DNA of 63,620 bases, filler included, from Octopus bimaculoides (Eukaryota): assembly GCF_001194135.2 (NCBI RefSeq). It is 6 parts of 6 records of this genome, joined end to end, with 100 filler letters (N's around TTAATTAATTAA, not from the genome) between each part and the next. Parts side by side here need not be neighbours in the genome. Positions count along the whole stretch, not along the records: positions 9,069 to 38,641 come from NC_068989.1; 5 more parts are not named here. One strand, written 5' to 3'. Both the position numbers and the translations under genes were made by a program. Below, piece by piece: positions 12,960 to 25,651 of this stretch. Within the stretch, counting starts at the first letter, position 1, and every line of letters begins with the position of its first letter. The notes under the pieces are model-generated. The model was given only the letters and a program-made list of their open reading frames with translations, ran no database searches and was not told the DNA's origin.

Positions 12960-13430
12960 AAAATGGAGAACAAATAGCAAAAGAATCACCAATCTAAACA
13001 ATATATTTTCAAATAAGAGAAGATTAATCCCAGCTGCCGGGTGAAATTTAGCACTGGAAACTAATTTTTCAAAGGATGTAGTTTCCTGACAGCTAACAAC
13101 AGATGCAGGTAGTTTATTCCACACTTCCACAATTCTGAGTGAAAAAATGTTTCTGAAAGTCATGGGTGCTGCACTGTTTTTTGATTTTGTAAGCATGTTC
13201 ATGGATGTTAGACATATGGAATTCAAAAAGGTGCCCAAAGTTGTTGTTGGAAAGATGGTGGATAATCTTGTGGGTGTCTACCAAGTCAGTTGTTAGATGT
13301 TGGAATTTTATTGTGTCTATGCCCAGGGAAGGAAGATGTTCAGAGTATGGCAGATTCCTGATGGCAGGTATTTGTCTGGTTTCACATTTCTGAACAGTTT
13401 CCAAGAGATTGATATGCTGAGCAACATAGA
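12960..13430 (-). mobile_element. CR1-type LINE remnant, 3' end of ORF2
   Basis: RQIPAIRNLPYSEHL...DLVDTHKII and FSLRIVEVWNKLP, which are CR1 C-terminal motifs; frameshifted. Confidence 0.8.
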
Positions 13431-13439
13431 GGTTTCAGA

Positions 13440-14150
13440 CTGGTGATACACCGATGAAACAAATCAGCATCATCTTGACACTGGACTTCACTTGACATGC
13501 TTTTTGGAGGTGGTGACACTGAATGCTTTCACTGACTTGATTGCTGTTTCATTTCCAGGTTGTAGCCATAGCACCAGTTTTCGTCACTAGTCATGACCCT
13601 CGAGAAAAATGGTTTGGATCAACTTCCAACTGTTCATGACATGCATTCAGTGGTGACCACTTCTGATCTTCCATGAGCAAGTGAGGCACAAATTTTGCTG
13701 CAATTCTTTTCATTCACAAGTCCTCACTCAAAATTCGTTGGGAGGAGATTCAGGACACACCAGTCATATCAACAAGTTCATCAATTGTTCGGCAATGATC
13801 CTCAAAGATTAGTTCATGAATTTTCATGATGTTTTCATTCGTTCCGGCAGCTCATGGTTTCTCTGAATGAGGTTGGTCTTCAAGCAACAAGTGACCATTC
13901 CTAAAGCATGAAAACCACTTGTAAACTTGTGTTTTGCTCATGATAGCATTCTTGTAATCTGTTTGAAGCATGACAACTGTTTCAGCCACTGTTTTCCCCC
14001 AGCAGAAAACAGAAGTATGCTGTTCCTTCATTTCAGCCATCATAAAAATCAACGAACAGGGGAGAAACACTGCAAAGCAAAAGCATACCACATAGCAATA
14101 CAACCCCACTCAACCGTGTCAGTCGGCAGACTGATGCTTGAGGCTGACAT
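13440..14150 (-). mobile_element. Degenerate mariner transposase inserted in the CR1 remnant
   Basis: N-terminal HTH (GKTVAETVVMLQTDY...SKTQVYKWF), KFVPHLL (WVPHEL-like) and VMTSDENW (first D of DDD); contains stops. Confidence 0.85.
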
Positions 14151-14339
14151 CAAGTGGCTTCTAGTGGCATAAGCTTGAGACTACAAGTGGCTTGTCCCAC
14201 AGAGAATGTTTCTAGTTACTTTTGGGTGTCTCCTTGTACCATAGCCATATATAGCTTTAAACAGATAGCTGGAGGGGGGTATAGCTTGATGTCATTTACA
14301 TATTTCAAAATTTTAACTTCTCCATGTTGGCATCTTTAT

Positions 14340-15350
14340 CATTAATATATGCAAAAAACGACAGGGGTCCAAGAACAGATCCCTGTGGTACATCAGATGT
14401 CATCTCATAGGGTGCAAAATGCTATCCTATAACTGTGACAACCTCTTTTTGACTGAGAATGAAGGACTTCAACCAGTTATACCGATCACCTCTTATACCC
14501 ATTGCAGAGAGTTTTCCCACAAGTCGTTTGTGTGGCACAGAACTGAAGCCTTTAGCAAAGTCAAGAGAGATAACATCCACCCATGAGCCACTATCAGTAA
14601 TTCAGGTGATATACCCAAGAAACTCAGTGAGCTGGCCACAGCTACTAGAGTTAGGGAAAATTCCAAATTGTGAAGGTCAAATAAGGCTGTGAGAGTTCCA
14701 AAGTGTTTCTCTGACACAAGACGCCGTCAAATTGGTAATGCAAGTAGAAAGACTGACTGGACCGTAATTGGCAGGTGATGTGTGATCACCCTTTTTGAAC
14801 AGAAGAATGACACTGGCAATTTTCCACTGCTCTGGGTTAACACAATTATTAAGACAGAATTGGAAGAAGAATGAAAGCTGAAAGAACCTACAGCGTTTGA
14901 GAATCAGACAGGTATCATCAAGACCAGGAGATGCATAGTTGCACTTATTCTTGAGGTGGTATCACAGCATTGCAGGTGTAAATTCCACAGATATTATAGA
15001 ATTTGTTGTCAGAGGTGGTGAAGATGGTATATTTGGATGTTCAATAGTAACAATACCAGCATAGCATTCAGCAATAAGTTCTGCACATTCTTTAGATTCC
15101 AGTGTGGGACTGCAAAGAGGGCTAACTGGAGAGTGAGGTCTCAGTTTCGAACATACCTATTTCCAGAACACTTTGCTCTCAGGGTTGATTGCTATACGTT
15201 GTTCAAATTCAAGTGCTGCCTTTTGGGTCACCCGCTTAAGATGGTAAGATGAACTACTGAGCCTTCTTCGAGAATTCCGTTCTATAGAGTATTCGTTTCT
15301 GTTCAACATCATGACCTTCTTTCCTAGCCAGACGGACTGCAGCAGTCTCC
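14340..15350 (-). mobile_element. CR1-type LINE remnant, RT region
   Basis: Minus strand encodes SDVPQGSVLGPL (about 14375-14410) and VISLDFAKGF (about 14540-14575); heavily decayed. Confidence 0.7.
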
Positions 15351-16242
15351 CAAATTGCAGTTGATAATTATTGTGAAATTCTAAAATTAATTATGAAGTA
15401 GTATTTAAAATTTACCATTATTTACATATTAGATTTTCTCTGCCGAGAGGAGTATGCAATTTGATGTATTTGTTTTACAGAATAATAATAAGCAAAATAC
15501 TGATGGAACTTAAAATTCTGAGAGGAAATGAAGCTTTTGGCGATGTGTAGTCCAAACTCGGCACTGACGGAGCAGAATTATTGAAGACATTCTAGCAGTG
15601 ATCATCCCGTGTTGATAAGACAACAATGTCCAACTTGTCCTCGTTTTTATTTTTATAATTATTTCTGCTAAAGACGGCAGAGTAATTAGCCCGACCGCGT
15701 AGAGCCTTCTTTGTGGACTTTAAAAGTCAAAATGTTTACTTTGTCAGTCAAATGCAAAATGAAATGAACTAGGATGTTATATCAATAAAACAGTTTTATT
15801 TGACGATTTTCCTGTCTGCTGGTTTCTTGCTGGTTTTTGTTTTGTTTTCTTATGTTTTTTGCTAATAAATAGTTTTATAAAACCCTAAAGTCAATAATAT
15901 CACAGTTTTAATTTCGATAAGAAGTTGACTAATTTATAAGTTAGTAAAAATACAGCCTAGATGTCACAAAAAAACATTTTTTAAGTGTAAACTGGGAATG
16001 TATACCTTTCATTTTGAGATTGTATAAAGTAGAAGCGGAGACTTGGTTAAGGCCTATAAAGTTATGAAGAAAACAAATGTAATCGAAATACGGAAACACC
16101 CCTTTGAAGACAGGCATCGTTAGAAATTTAGCTGAGGAATACAAACACTAAAGAATACAGAATGACAAATTGTAATGCTTGGCTGAAGTAATTTAATAGT
16201 CATTATGGTAAACACAAATATTAAATAGTAAACAAGTTTCAC

Positions 16243-16291
16243 CTTTCTCTGTCTCCATCTTTCGAAAGTTGCCAACAGTCTCCAAATCCAT
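16243..16291 (-). CDS. WDR24: Candidate first coding exon of WDR24
   Basis: ATG-initiated MDLETVGNFRKMETEK plus 1 nt ending AAAG|GTGAAA. The phase-1 donor fits the next exon. No homology proof. Confidence 0.5.
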
Positions 16292-18705
16292 CCACCCGGA
16301 GCAAATGTTCTTTCATGAAGATTTGATTAAAGATATTCCTTTTAGTTAGTTTCTAATGTAGCAGAGATTCACAAATAGAAAAAAATACTTTCTTTTAAGA
16401 CTCTAAAACGACACAAGAATTGCTTTACACATGTGACCTTTAACGGTGTAGCGTTATTTTTTCCCTCCTTTAATAAAAATACCAAAATACGATTTGGTCA
16501 GAGAAAAGGAGATAAAATTTACAATATAGTTACACCCCTCCCTATTTATTTTTTAAAATTATATGAAATTAGAATTGTTTTGTAATTGTATTATATTTAA
16601 TTTTAAGAATTAAGACCTGAGTAACGTGCACCGAATCGATAAATAAAATTAAGGAGGATCTGAAATCCTAAATATACGTCAATCATTATATACGTTTTAT
16701 ACGCAGAAATCTCTAAAATATATATTTTTGGAATATAGATATACACAAAAAATAGCAAAAAAGAAAGAAATTATTGAGAAGATTATATGGAAATGTTCTT
16801 ATAGCTTGCTTATGTGAACACAGGTTTAACTCTTGAATATATGGGAAACATTTAGTTTAAAGAATTACATCCTTTTTAATTTTGTTTCAATTTGACTTCT
16901 TCTTAAGTTGACCCTTTAAACAGCATCCATACAAGTAAACATGCCACTTCTTTTGTAAGCAAGATTATCTCTTTTGGTAGTAAATTTACAAATTATTCTT
17001 TTGCTGCAATTCTGAAAATGGAAAACAAATACATGTAATTGATCTTCCATCTAGAACATATTACTGCATTAAATGTTTTGTTTTTCAACATGATTTATTC
17101 ATTCACAAGTAAACATTCTCCATCTAGAAAACTTCAATTGAATACTTCTTAGCCCTCAAATATAACTCCACATTTTGTCAAATTAGAATTTTAGATCATC
17201 ACATCTATAATTGTCAGTAATCATACTCCATCTCTTTACCATATAAGTTTAGCAAGAAACTAACTTCAGAAGGAAACCCAGTATACCTAGATCAGTCTTC
17301 TGCAATCCATAAATTGTTCTGAAAATAAACTATGCCCTAAACAATTCAATTTGTTTATACCAATAAATGTACAACTTTGTATAGGCATTTAATGATTCAG
17401 ACATTGGTACTTTGGTAAGTACTGTAAAAGTTACATTTCAATGGAGAGGTCAGAATAAAACTAAAACTAAAATCATTTTTCCCCTTGTCTCATAATTATT
17501 TACTGTTAACTTTCAATATGGAAATACCACCTTACTTGTGTTGAGCAGACCTAGGTGTTCCAATCATGACCATCCTGCTTTTTTTATGATGGTAGGGTGT
17601 GATCTAATGGCAATCTGGCTACAATTTCTCAAGGGTCAAATGATCAGGTAGATGCTCCTTTTTGACTCATTACCTTACTTATTCTTTAAACAGACAAGGC
17701 ATAGCTGTATGGTTATAGGTGCAGGTATGGTTGTGTGGTTAAGAAACTTGCTTTGCAAACAAGTTATTTTGGGCTCAGTCCCACTGCACAGCAAGTGTCT
17801 TCTACTACAGCCTAGTTTGACAATGTGAGTGAATTTGGTTAATGGAAGTCTGTCATATACATATATATATAAATATACGTCCCTCTGTCATACTCTAACC
17901 TCTCATCACCTGGCACAAAACCACCTCCCTCACAAAGCTTATAGTTTAAGGTGAAGCAGAAAGTTCATGCCACTATCTCCAGTGTAGTGGCACTATCAGA
18001 ATATCATCAACACTGGAGAGATATAGAAAAAGTTAGTTCTGGCTGCATTTGAACAGAGAGATGTAAGGCAGTTAGTATGGCATTCTAATGTTATGTTCTG
18101 TGAACAGCAATACTGCATTACGTGACAAGAGGTAAGTTTTCAGTGAGCCCAGTCAGCCATCCAATTCCACTAACCTGACAAACCCACTTGATTCCACTTA
18201 TTCTGCAAGTATCTCCAAGAAAGACATTGCTGTAAAGCAATATCATTCCCCATTTTTAACAAAATTGTAACCATGCATTTAAGTAGAAAATCAATAATGC
18301 AATTGAGTGAAACATGTATGTGCTTGTTGGGAATTAAAATTATATTTAATGGTATTATTAATCATCACTAATCTCATGAAAGACCTATGTTGTTAATGGA
18401 TAAAACAAACATGAACTAATAAGGTATTAAAACAAAGATCAAATATAATGTTATCAATCAGCAATAGAGCAGGACAGCAACTGAGTAGTCCAGCAACAAG
18501 ATAAGGTGTAAAAACTGTGACAGCGAAAAATAGATGTTACACACTATTATGGCAGGCCTCCACTAGAAAACTCGATTTGGTGGATTAGGATACCAAGTTC
18601 ATTTCTCATTTTGAATTATGTGTTCTGTCAGTGATTAATTTATATTTTTCTTCAAAAGTGTAAGAGTTTAGTGTTGGAAAATGAAACAAACAAGCAAAAT
18701 TGTAA

Positions 18706-19300
18706 GAGGGGTGGGCTGAAAAGTTCATAGGCTGACTATGAAGGAGTGATGCTTGAACTGTGAAATCTTGCATGTCTTAATTTCAACTGTGTATTGATTT
18801 TTACCAGTTAACCATACATTTGACTGCTCAAAGAAGACTTGAAAAGCAACTAATAGCAACTTCTCTTCAAAATGGACAAAACTTGGAATCTTGATGTGAA
18901 GTACTTGCAGGAAAAGGGTTTAGTTCCCAAGGACATTGATGCTGATATGGTTACTACATTAGAGGATGATGCTACAGCATTATCAACAGTGCAAAAATGG
19001 GCAGTTGAATATAAGAGTGGAAGAGACAGTCTTGAAAATTACTCAAGTTTTGGATGTCTTGCAACTGCCACCACCATGGAAAACATTGAATATGTTCACC
19101 ACATGCAGATGGATGATAGGTGATTAACTATAAATCAAATAGCACATCTTGTGAGAGAGTTGAGAATACTCTGCTCCATGAACTGATGAGTGCCATGTCT
19201 TTTGACACCTGATCAAAAGTGAACAAGGCTAATCACATCACAGGAAAATCTGACATTGTCTGAGGTAGATTCATTTGGTTTCCTTGAACATTTCCTAACT
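18706..19300 (+). mobile_element. Second degenerate mariner element
   Basis: ORF 18872-19123 (KYLQEKGLVPKDIDADMVTTLEDDA...TVQKWAVEYKSGRDSLE) is a mariner HTH; a decayed VPRLLT-like motif follows. TIR-like GAGGGGTGGGCTGAAAAGTTC at the start. Confidence 0.85.
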
Positions 19301-19309
19301 CAGACCGGG

Positions 19310-19550
19310 CATTGTGAGTGTTTATTGAGCGAAAACACTTAAGCTCCACGAGGCTCCGGCAGGGGGTGGTGGCAACTCCTGTTGTACTCTTTCGCCCCAA
19401 CTTTCTCTCACTCTTTCTTCCTGTTTCTTGAGTAACGCTGTGATGGACTGGCATCCCGTCCAGCTGGGGGGAACACATACGGCATAGAAACCAGGAAACC
19501 GGGCCCATGAGCCTGGCTAGGCTTTGAAAGGGCGAAAAAAAAAAAAAAAA
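19310..19550 (+). mobile_element. 3' part of a SINE with poly(A) tail (V-SINE-like GATGGACTGGCATCCCGTCCAG)
   Basis: Ends in an A-rich tail and truncates the mariner copy. Confidence 0.55.
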
Positions 19551-19649
19551 GAAGACCTTTGAATCTACACAACAACATATCATTTCACATGGCTATTCTG
19601 ATTTGTACAAGAGTTAAGCTGTTTTGAAAAATTTTGAATTTTCTTTATG

Positions 19650-20290
19650 AAGGGTGTAGGGTTGGGCAAGTCAATTACATGAAATCTAGTACACAACTGG
19701 TACTTATTTTATTGACCCTGAAAGAGTGAAAGGTAAAGTCAACCTTGGCAGAATTTGTACTCTGAATGTAAAGACAGATGAAATGCTGCTAAGCATTTTG
19801 CCTGGTGTGGTAACAATTCTGCCAGCTTGCTGCCTTATTAATAATAATCCTTTCTACTATAGGCACAAGGCCTGAAACTTTGTAAGAGGGGGCTAGTCAA
19901 TTACATTGACTCCAGTGTTTCACTGGTACTTAATTTATCGACCCCGAAAGGATGAAAGGCAAAGTCGACTTCATTTGAATTTGAACACATAATGTAAAAA
20001 ATGGACAAAATATTGCTAAGCATTGTGCCTGGCATGGTAATGATTTTGCCAGCTCACTGCCTTAACAACAACAACAATTGCTTCTAATTTAGGCACAAGA
20101 CCAGCAGTTTTATGAGAATAAGATGAGTCAGTATCATTGATTCTAGTACCTGATTGGTGCTTTATTTTATTGCCTGCAAAAGGATGAAACGAAAAGTTAA
20201 CCTCTCTGGGATTTAGATTCAAAATGTAAAGTATAGTAATAAATCCCACAAAGTATTTTTTTTTTTCAGCATTCTAACAGTTCTGCTATT
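19650..20290 (-). mobile_element. Three older family-B SINE copies in tandem
   Basis: Diverged versions of the ACTGGTACTTAATTTATCGACCCCGAAAGGATGAAAGG core. Confidence 0.75.
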
Positions 20291-20519
20291 TCAGCATGTT
20301 GGTATTGTTGTTAAAAATTAATGAAAATAATTTTCTGCAAGACAGTGCACAAAAAAAAAAAAAAAAAAAGGACTGTTTAAAAGTACTAAAATTCAAGCAG
20401 TTAAATTATTAGGATTCTTTTGTGCACGCGCAAGCACACATATAATTACAGATAGATAGATAAACACACACACACACAGATTAGCACTAAAAAGACCAAG
20501 ATCATGGTAGCAACCATCT

Positions 20520-20860
20520 GAGAATCAGAGCAGCTGACCATTTGATGTTGGGGAGGTGAGGTAGGTAAGACGGCCACAGTTGACAAGTTTGAGTATCTGG
20601 GCTCCATTGTTTACCAAAATAGTGGACTGCAACCAGGAAAGAAGTCACTTAATACAGTAGAGAGAGACTGTACCCTCAGCAAAAGCATCAAGCTGAAAGT
20701 TCTAAAATCCCACTGGTCTGATAGTAGCTTAGTATGGGTAAGAAATATGAATCTTAGGAGTGGCAGACACCAAATGGTTAAGGATGTCAAAGTGATGAGT
20801 TACGCGAGAGTAGTGTGGATCATTTGGATGTCCTGCAGAATGGAAGATTCAGACTTGGGG
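20520..20860 (+). mobile_element. Decayed RTE-like LINE fragment
   Basis: VDKFEYLGSIV (RT thumb motif) at about 20578-20615. Confidence 0.5.
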
Positions 20861-21546
20861 GAAATGTTGAAATGTCAGTTTTAACCTTGGATCGATTTGT
20901 TAGATGATGTTTTGGTTGTAGCTCTTTCATCTTGAATTTATTTATTCAGACTTTGAAAAATAAAATTAAAAAAAAAACTTCAATTGGAAAACCACTGATT
21001 TCTGAAAGGAAAGTTGACACAAGACCAATATACTATATTAAACACTAGTCTAGTGATTAACTAAATTAATTGGTTCCCCACGTTGCTTCCAGTTTATCAC
21101 ATGTGAACTAATTTTATTACATATTTTGGTGAGTAAATTTGAAAATTTCACCCAATCAACAGTAATTTAATATATATATATTGTCAACAATCTTCATGTA
21201 AAAATATAAGCAACTCTCTACTGAGCCATTTTTATACAGACGATATCAAAACACTTCTATCGTCAGCTTCTTTATTTTAACCAGCTCATGCGACTAAATA
21301 CCACAACAAACACTTCTGATAAACTTAAAATCTGTTTGAAGAGAAGTATCAAGTTTTGCCAGTAATTCTTATATTGGGAATTATGCATAAAATCGGGGGA
21401 AAGAAAAGAAACTTTTAAAATCTATGTAGAATCAAAGAAGAGTTTTTATTAAAAGTTGTAGAAATGAAGTGAAAACTTTGACGGAAATGTTTTAACAACT
21501 AGTTTGAGATGTTGGGGTAGAAAATCAGTTCCCAACAATTTCTTCC

Positions 21547-21704
21547 GGCGGAGACGGACTATATGTAATCTGAACCTTTCCCCCCCTTATTTATATATTT
21601 TTTTTACGGAATCCCACGTTTTAGGCTATGGAGATTCCGATTCTGAAAAAAAAAAAAAAAAATAAGGGGGGAAAGGTTCAGATTACATATAGTCCATCTG
21701 GACC
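21547..21704. mobile_element. MITE with long TIRs and 8-bp TSD TTTCTTCC
   Basis: TIR core GGACTATATGTAATCTGAACCTTTCCCCCC matches its inverse ending at 21695. TSD at 21539-21546 and 21705-21712. The paralogous sequence at about 26285 lacks the insert. Confidence 0.85.
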
Positions 21705-21880
21705 TTTCTTCCTTTGATTTAATACTATTTATAATTTTCGTTCTGTTAATAAGCATAATTGGTGAAGGGATTGGAAATAATTTGGAAATAGCTAAATTTA
21801 TTTATTAAAAAAAGAAAAAACTTAAGTCTGCGCACTTTGTTTTAATTATCAAAAACAATCAATGAGAAAGCAGCGTTTTC

Positions 21881-21953
21881 ATTGGACAGAGACAGATCTG
21901 ATTATCCAATTGAAATGTTAAGACAGGTGCGCGCGAAACTGAAAAAATATAAA
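21881..21953 (+). promoter_or_regulatory. Histone-type core promoter (two CCAAT boxes and TATA)
   Basis: ATTGG at 21881-21885, CCAAT at 21906-21910, TATAAA at 21948-21953, about 50 bp upstream of the ATG. Confidence 0.7.
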
Positions 21954-21971
21954 TTCAGTAGTTCAGCTTAA

Positions 21972-22415
<444 letters not shown>

Positions 22416-22436
22416 ATTCTCTTGAATTTTACAAAC

Positions 22437-22452
22437 GGTCCTTTTAAGGGCC
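22437..22452 (+). promoter_or_regulatory. Histone mRNA 3' stem-loop (SLBP-binding type)
   Basis: AAAC-GGTCCT-TTTA-AGGGCC-ATTCA: 6-bp stem and 4-nt loop starting 22 nt after the stop codon; matches the metazoan GGYYCTTTTNAGRGCC consensus. Confidence 0.9.
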
Positions 22453-22632
22453 ATTCACAAAGTAACGGAAGTCTCTTTGTCGTCTCTTACACGTGTACTC
22501 CATATTCAGTTTTAACTTTTAATCTAAAAACCAGTCTAAGAAAAATGGTCATAAATTTTATTTCTATGAAAATTAAAATATGAAATGAATACATATTGTC
22601 ACACGAAACTACACGTTTACAGATAACATTAG

Positions 22633-22807
22633 GGTACTACTAAAGCAGCGCGTCCGCGCTAGCTAGTCGTGAGTGGTCGATCCTAACCCTAACCCTAAAC
22701 ATGTATTCATTTACACACGCGGGTTAGGATTAGGGACAGGGTCAGGGCTAGGATCGACCACTTACGACTAGCTAGCTCGTTCGGGACCGTACTGCTTTAG
22801 TAGTACC
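22633..22807. mobile_element. Palindromic MITE (Merlin/Mutator-like) with 9-bp TSD TAACATTAG and internal CCCTAA-like repeats
   Basis: Termini GGTACTACTAAAGCAG / CTGCTTTAGTAGTACC; TSD at 22624-22632 and 22808-22816. Confidence 0.85.
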
Positions 22808-23169
22808 TAACATTAGTACGTTGAAATTAATTTCTACGGGTACTTCCAACAAGTACAGGCTAACTTATCGTTATTAAATTTTTGGGAAGAAAACGTTTAA
22901 TAAAGTAACTAACGAAGAATTTTTATGACTCTAAAGAAATACTTGTATTTGAACTAAACTGATTGTATTTCAATTCCTTTTAACATCCACAACAAAAATC
23001 AAATGTCCAATTTTATTTTCACTTTATTTTGAATAAACGCAGCTGTTACCTGTGCTCATGGTTATTGTCGATTAACTTTTTAAGTATTTTACTAGCCATA
23101 ACGTAGTTCCCTGTTGAAAGGATAAGTAATGGAGGAGCTAATGCAGCTTCGCACCTCTCCTTCGTATCC

Positions 23170-23600
23170 CTACGTTTTAGATGTCGGAGATTACGAATAT
23201 GCAAAAAAAGGAAATTAGGTAAATTTTCAGATTAACACCCGCACGATTTTCACTGGGTGGGAAAAACACTAACCCTAACATCATAGTGAAAATCGTGCGG
23301 GTGTTAATCTGAAAATTTAGCACCACCCCTAAAATTTTGAACTTTTTTTCGTTATGTTTTTGATGACGGAGATTCCGAATATGCAAGAAACCACGTTTTC
23401 AAAATTCTAAATTGAATAAAGAGATAAATGTTTTCCTGGGAAACAACAGTAACACTGTCTTATATAGGACCGCCGCATTTAGTTGACAACTACAACGCAA
23501 TTTCTTTTCACTTTAATGTTTTTGTCTGTTTTAATGGGGGCTGGGGTGAAATTAAATTCTTTTTTGCATATTCGTAATCGCCGACATCTAAAATGTAGGT
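23170..23600. mobile_element. Cluster of inverted-repeat non-autonomous DNA elements
   Basis: Inverted pair TTTTCAGATTAACACCCGCACGATTTTCACT (about 23223-23253 and 23285-23315), recurring GGAGATT(A/C)CGAATATGCA motifs; a related piece lies at about 33235-33310. Confidence 0.6.
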
Positions 23601-25557
23601 ATCTGGAAGATTTTTTTTTTAAATGCATTTTTCATGGAGAGGTGCGAAACTGCATTAGCCCCGTAATGGAATAGTTCAACTACTGTTCTTTGTAAAATTG
23701 CACAGGACTCCAGAATGTCCCCATTTACATATATAAAAAAAAAAAATTACTACTGTGCCAATGACATTGAACCCTCATCAAAGCCGAACACGTATATATG
23801 AATTCGAAGTACATTTCGTCATTTCAGGTTTTCTATTTTAATTTTTACTTTTCTCGAAACGCATACTAGGAAACTGGATGTTAGTGCTGGTGGGGAAGTT
23901 TGATCAACTTAAATATTTGAATTCTAACAGGCGAAAGTAAAGAATATGTGCACCTGGTGTTTAGGGTTAGAGATTTTGTTAGGCCGAAAACAGGTAGTGT
24001 ATGTATTCTATACTTCCGCCCTAACATGTTCATTATGGTTAACTAAAAACAATAGTCAATGATAACAGCGAAACAAAATTTACAAACTTAGGTGAAGCAT
24101 GATCCGTCGATTTTTTTTTTTTTTTTCATTAATCCTATCGTGGAATAGTAAAATGATTCTAGGCTGTATATGGAAAACCCTAACTTTTAACAAAATTAAA
24201 ATTCAGCAAGTGTTTCCACGAACTCGCTCTCTAGATGTCCTTTGGTAAAAAGTAGGCTAACAGTTGGAAGTTTTCTTAGCTTCTACATAAGATCGGATAC
24301 CGTATTGTATAGCCAGTCAGTTTTCTGATAGGTGTACCATGAGTTTCAGTATTCTTTTTCTAAGATTTTAAGGAGATGAGCTGCTATTTTTAGTCGGTCA
24401 GGTGACCAGTAAATAGCTCCCTCTTCTTTGTTGATTTGTGCTAAAATTTTAAGAGACTGACTTCCTTTTCAAAATGTATGCTGTCAAGAGAACGACTTCA
24501 GATTTCAATAGTCGAACAACGATGGCTGAAACTTAAATCCTCAATTAGCTTCAAATTTATAGAATTAGTGGTGTCGCATGACACACCGGTTATTTTGCTT
24601 CCAATCTATAAAACACCTTTCTTCGAAATTAATTTCTTGCTAAAGACGGGCAGAGTTTCATAAAAATGCACCCATTAATTCTTCGAATGTTCAACGAAAT
24701 TGCTTCTGAAAAAAAAAAAAATTCTATAATGGAGAAGAAAGAATTTTTTTTTTAAAATAGAGTCCAGAATAGGCGGCAAAATGCATTTTAAGGATTCTTT
24801 TTATCCATTTCATCGCTAGTTCAAATATAAGGTATAAAGTACGTGGATTCTACGAAGGATTAGATATTTAGTCCTAAATTAGATAACATCCTGTGTAATA
24901 ATGATCTAAACTGCAGCTTAACCATTTGAATAAGAAACGTGTTCAAATTTTATTGTAAAAAGAAAAGAAATAAATCCAGTCATACTAAAACCAAACTACG
25001 TGAGCTGATGTATTTTTTTGAAAGGGGTAAACGTAAGTTACAAAAACGTCATTGAAATCATTAGATTTGCAATCTTCGAGTTAACCTTACTAACACTGGG
25101 TAGTTCGTGAAGTTGAGAAACTAAACATTACAAAAAAATTTTGATAGTGTTGGAAAAAAAATAAATAAATGCACGTTGGAACATTTAATCGTGGAGTAAA
25201 TTTTCGAAATGATTATCTAGCAACCGGTTTTAAGAAAGCAAACTTTTAATCAAAAGGTACTCCAGCCACTACCATTCCGTTGCGCCATGAGATTCGACTA
25301 TTTCTGACATCTCAAACGCCTACATATAAATTTCATTAGACCGTAACTATTTGACTATCCATTTTAGAGTTTTAAAAACTGAATTGAAAACTTTGTACGA
25401 TTGAATGCAAAGGTCCCGACGCATCTACGTAAATCGAAACCTAAAACTAACCCTAACNNNNNNNNNNNNNNNNNNNNNNNNNNNNNNNNNNNNNNNNNNN
25501 NNNNNNNNNNNNNNNNNNNNNNNNNNNNNNNNNNNNNNNNNNNNNNNNNNNNNNNNN

Positions 25558-25651
25558 AAGTGCGCAGACTTAAGTTTTTTCTTTTTTTAATAAATAAATT
25601 TAGCTATTTCCAAATTATTTCCAATCCCTTCACCAATTATGCTTATTAACA
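25558..25651 (-). repeat. 94-bp perfect inverted copy of the H3.3 upstream flank (21744-21837)
   Basis: Base-by-base identity up to the edge of the 100-N gap at 25458-25557. Confidence 0.9.

Noticed and set aside
22680-22745. Interstitial telomere or chromosome-fusion scar (CCCTAA/TTAGGG)
   Set aside because: Only 2-3 degenerate units inside a TSD-flanked MITE; similar motifs recur at about 25440 and 33240 in repeats.
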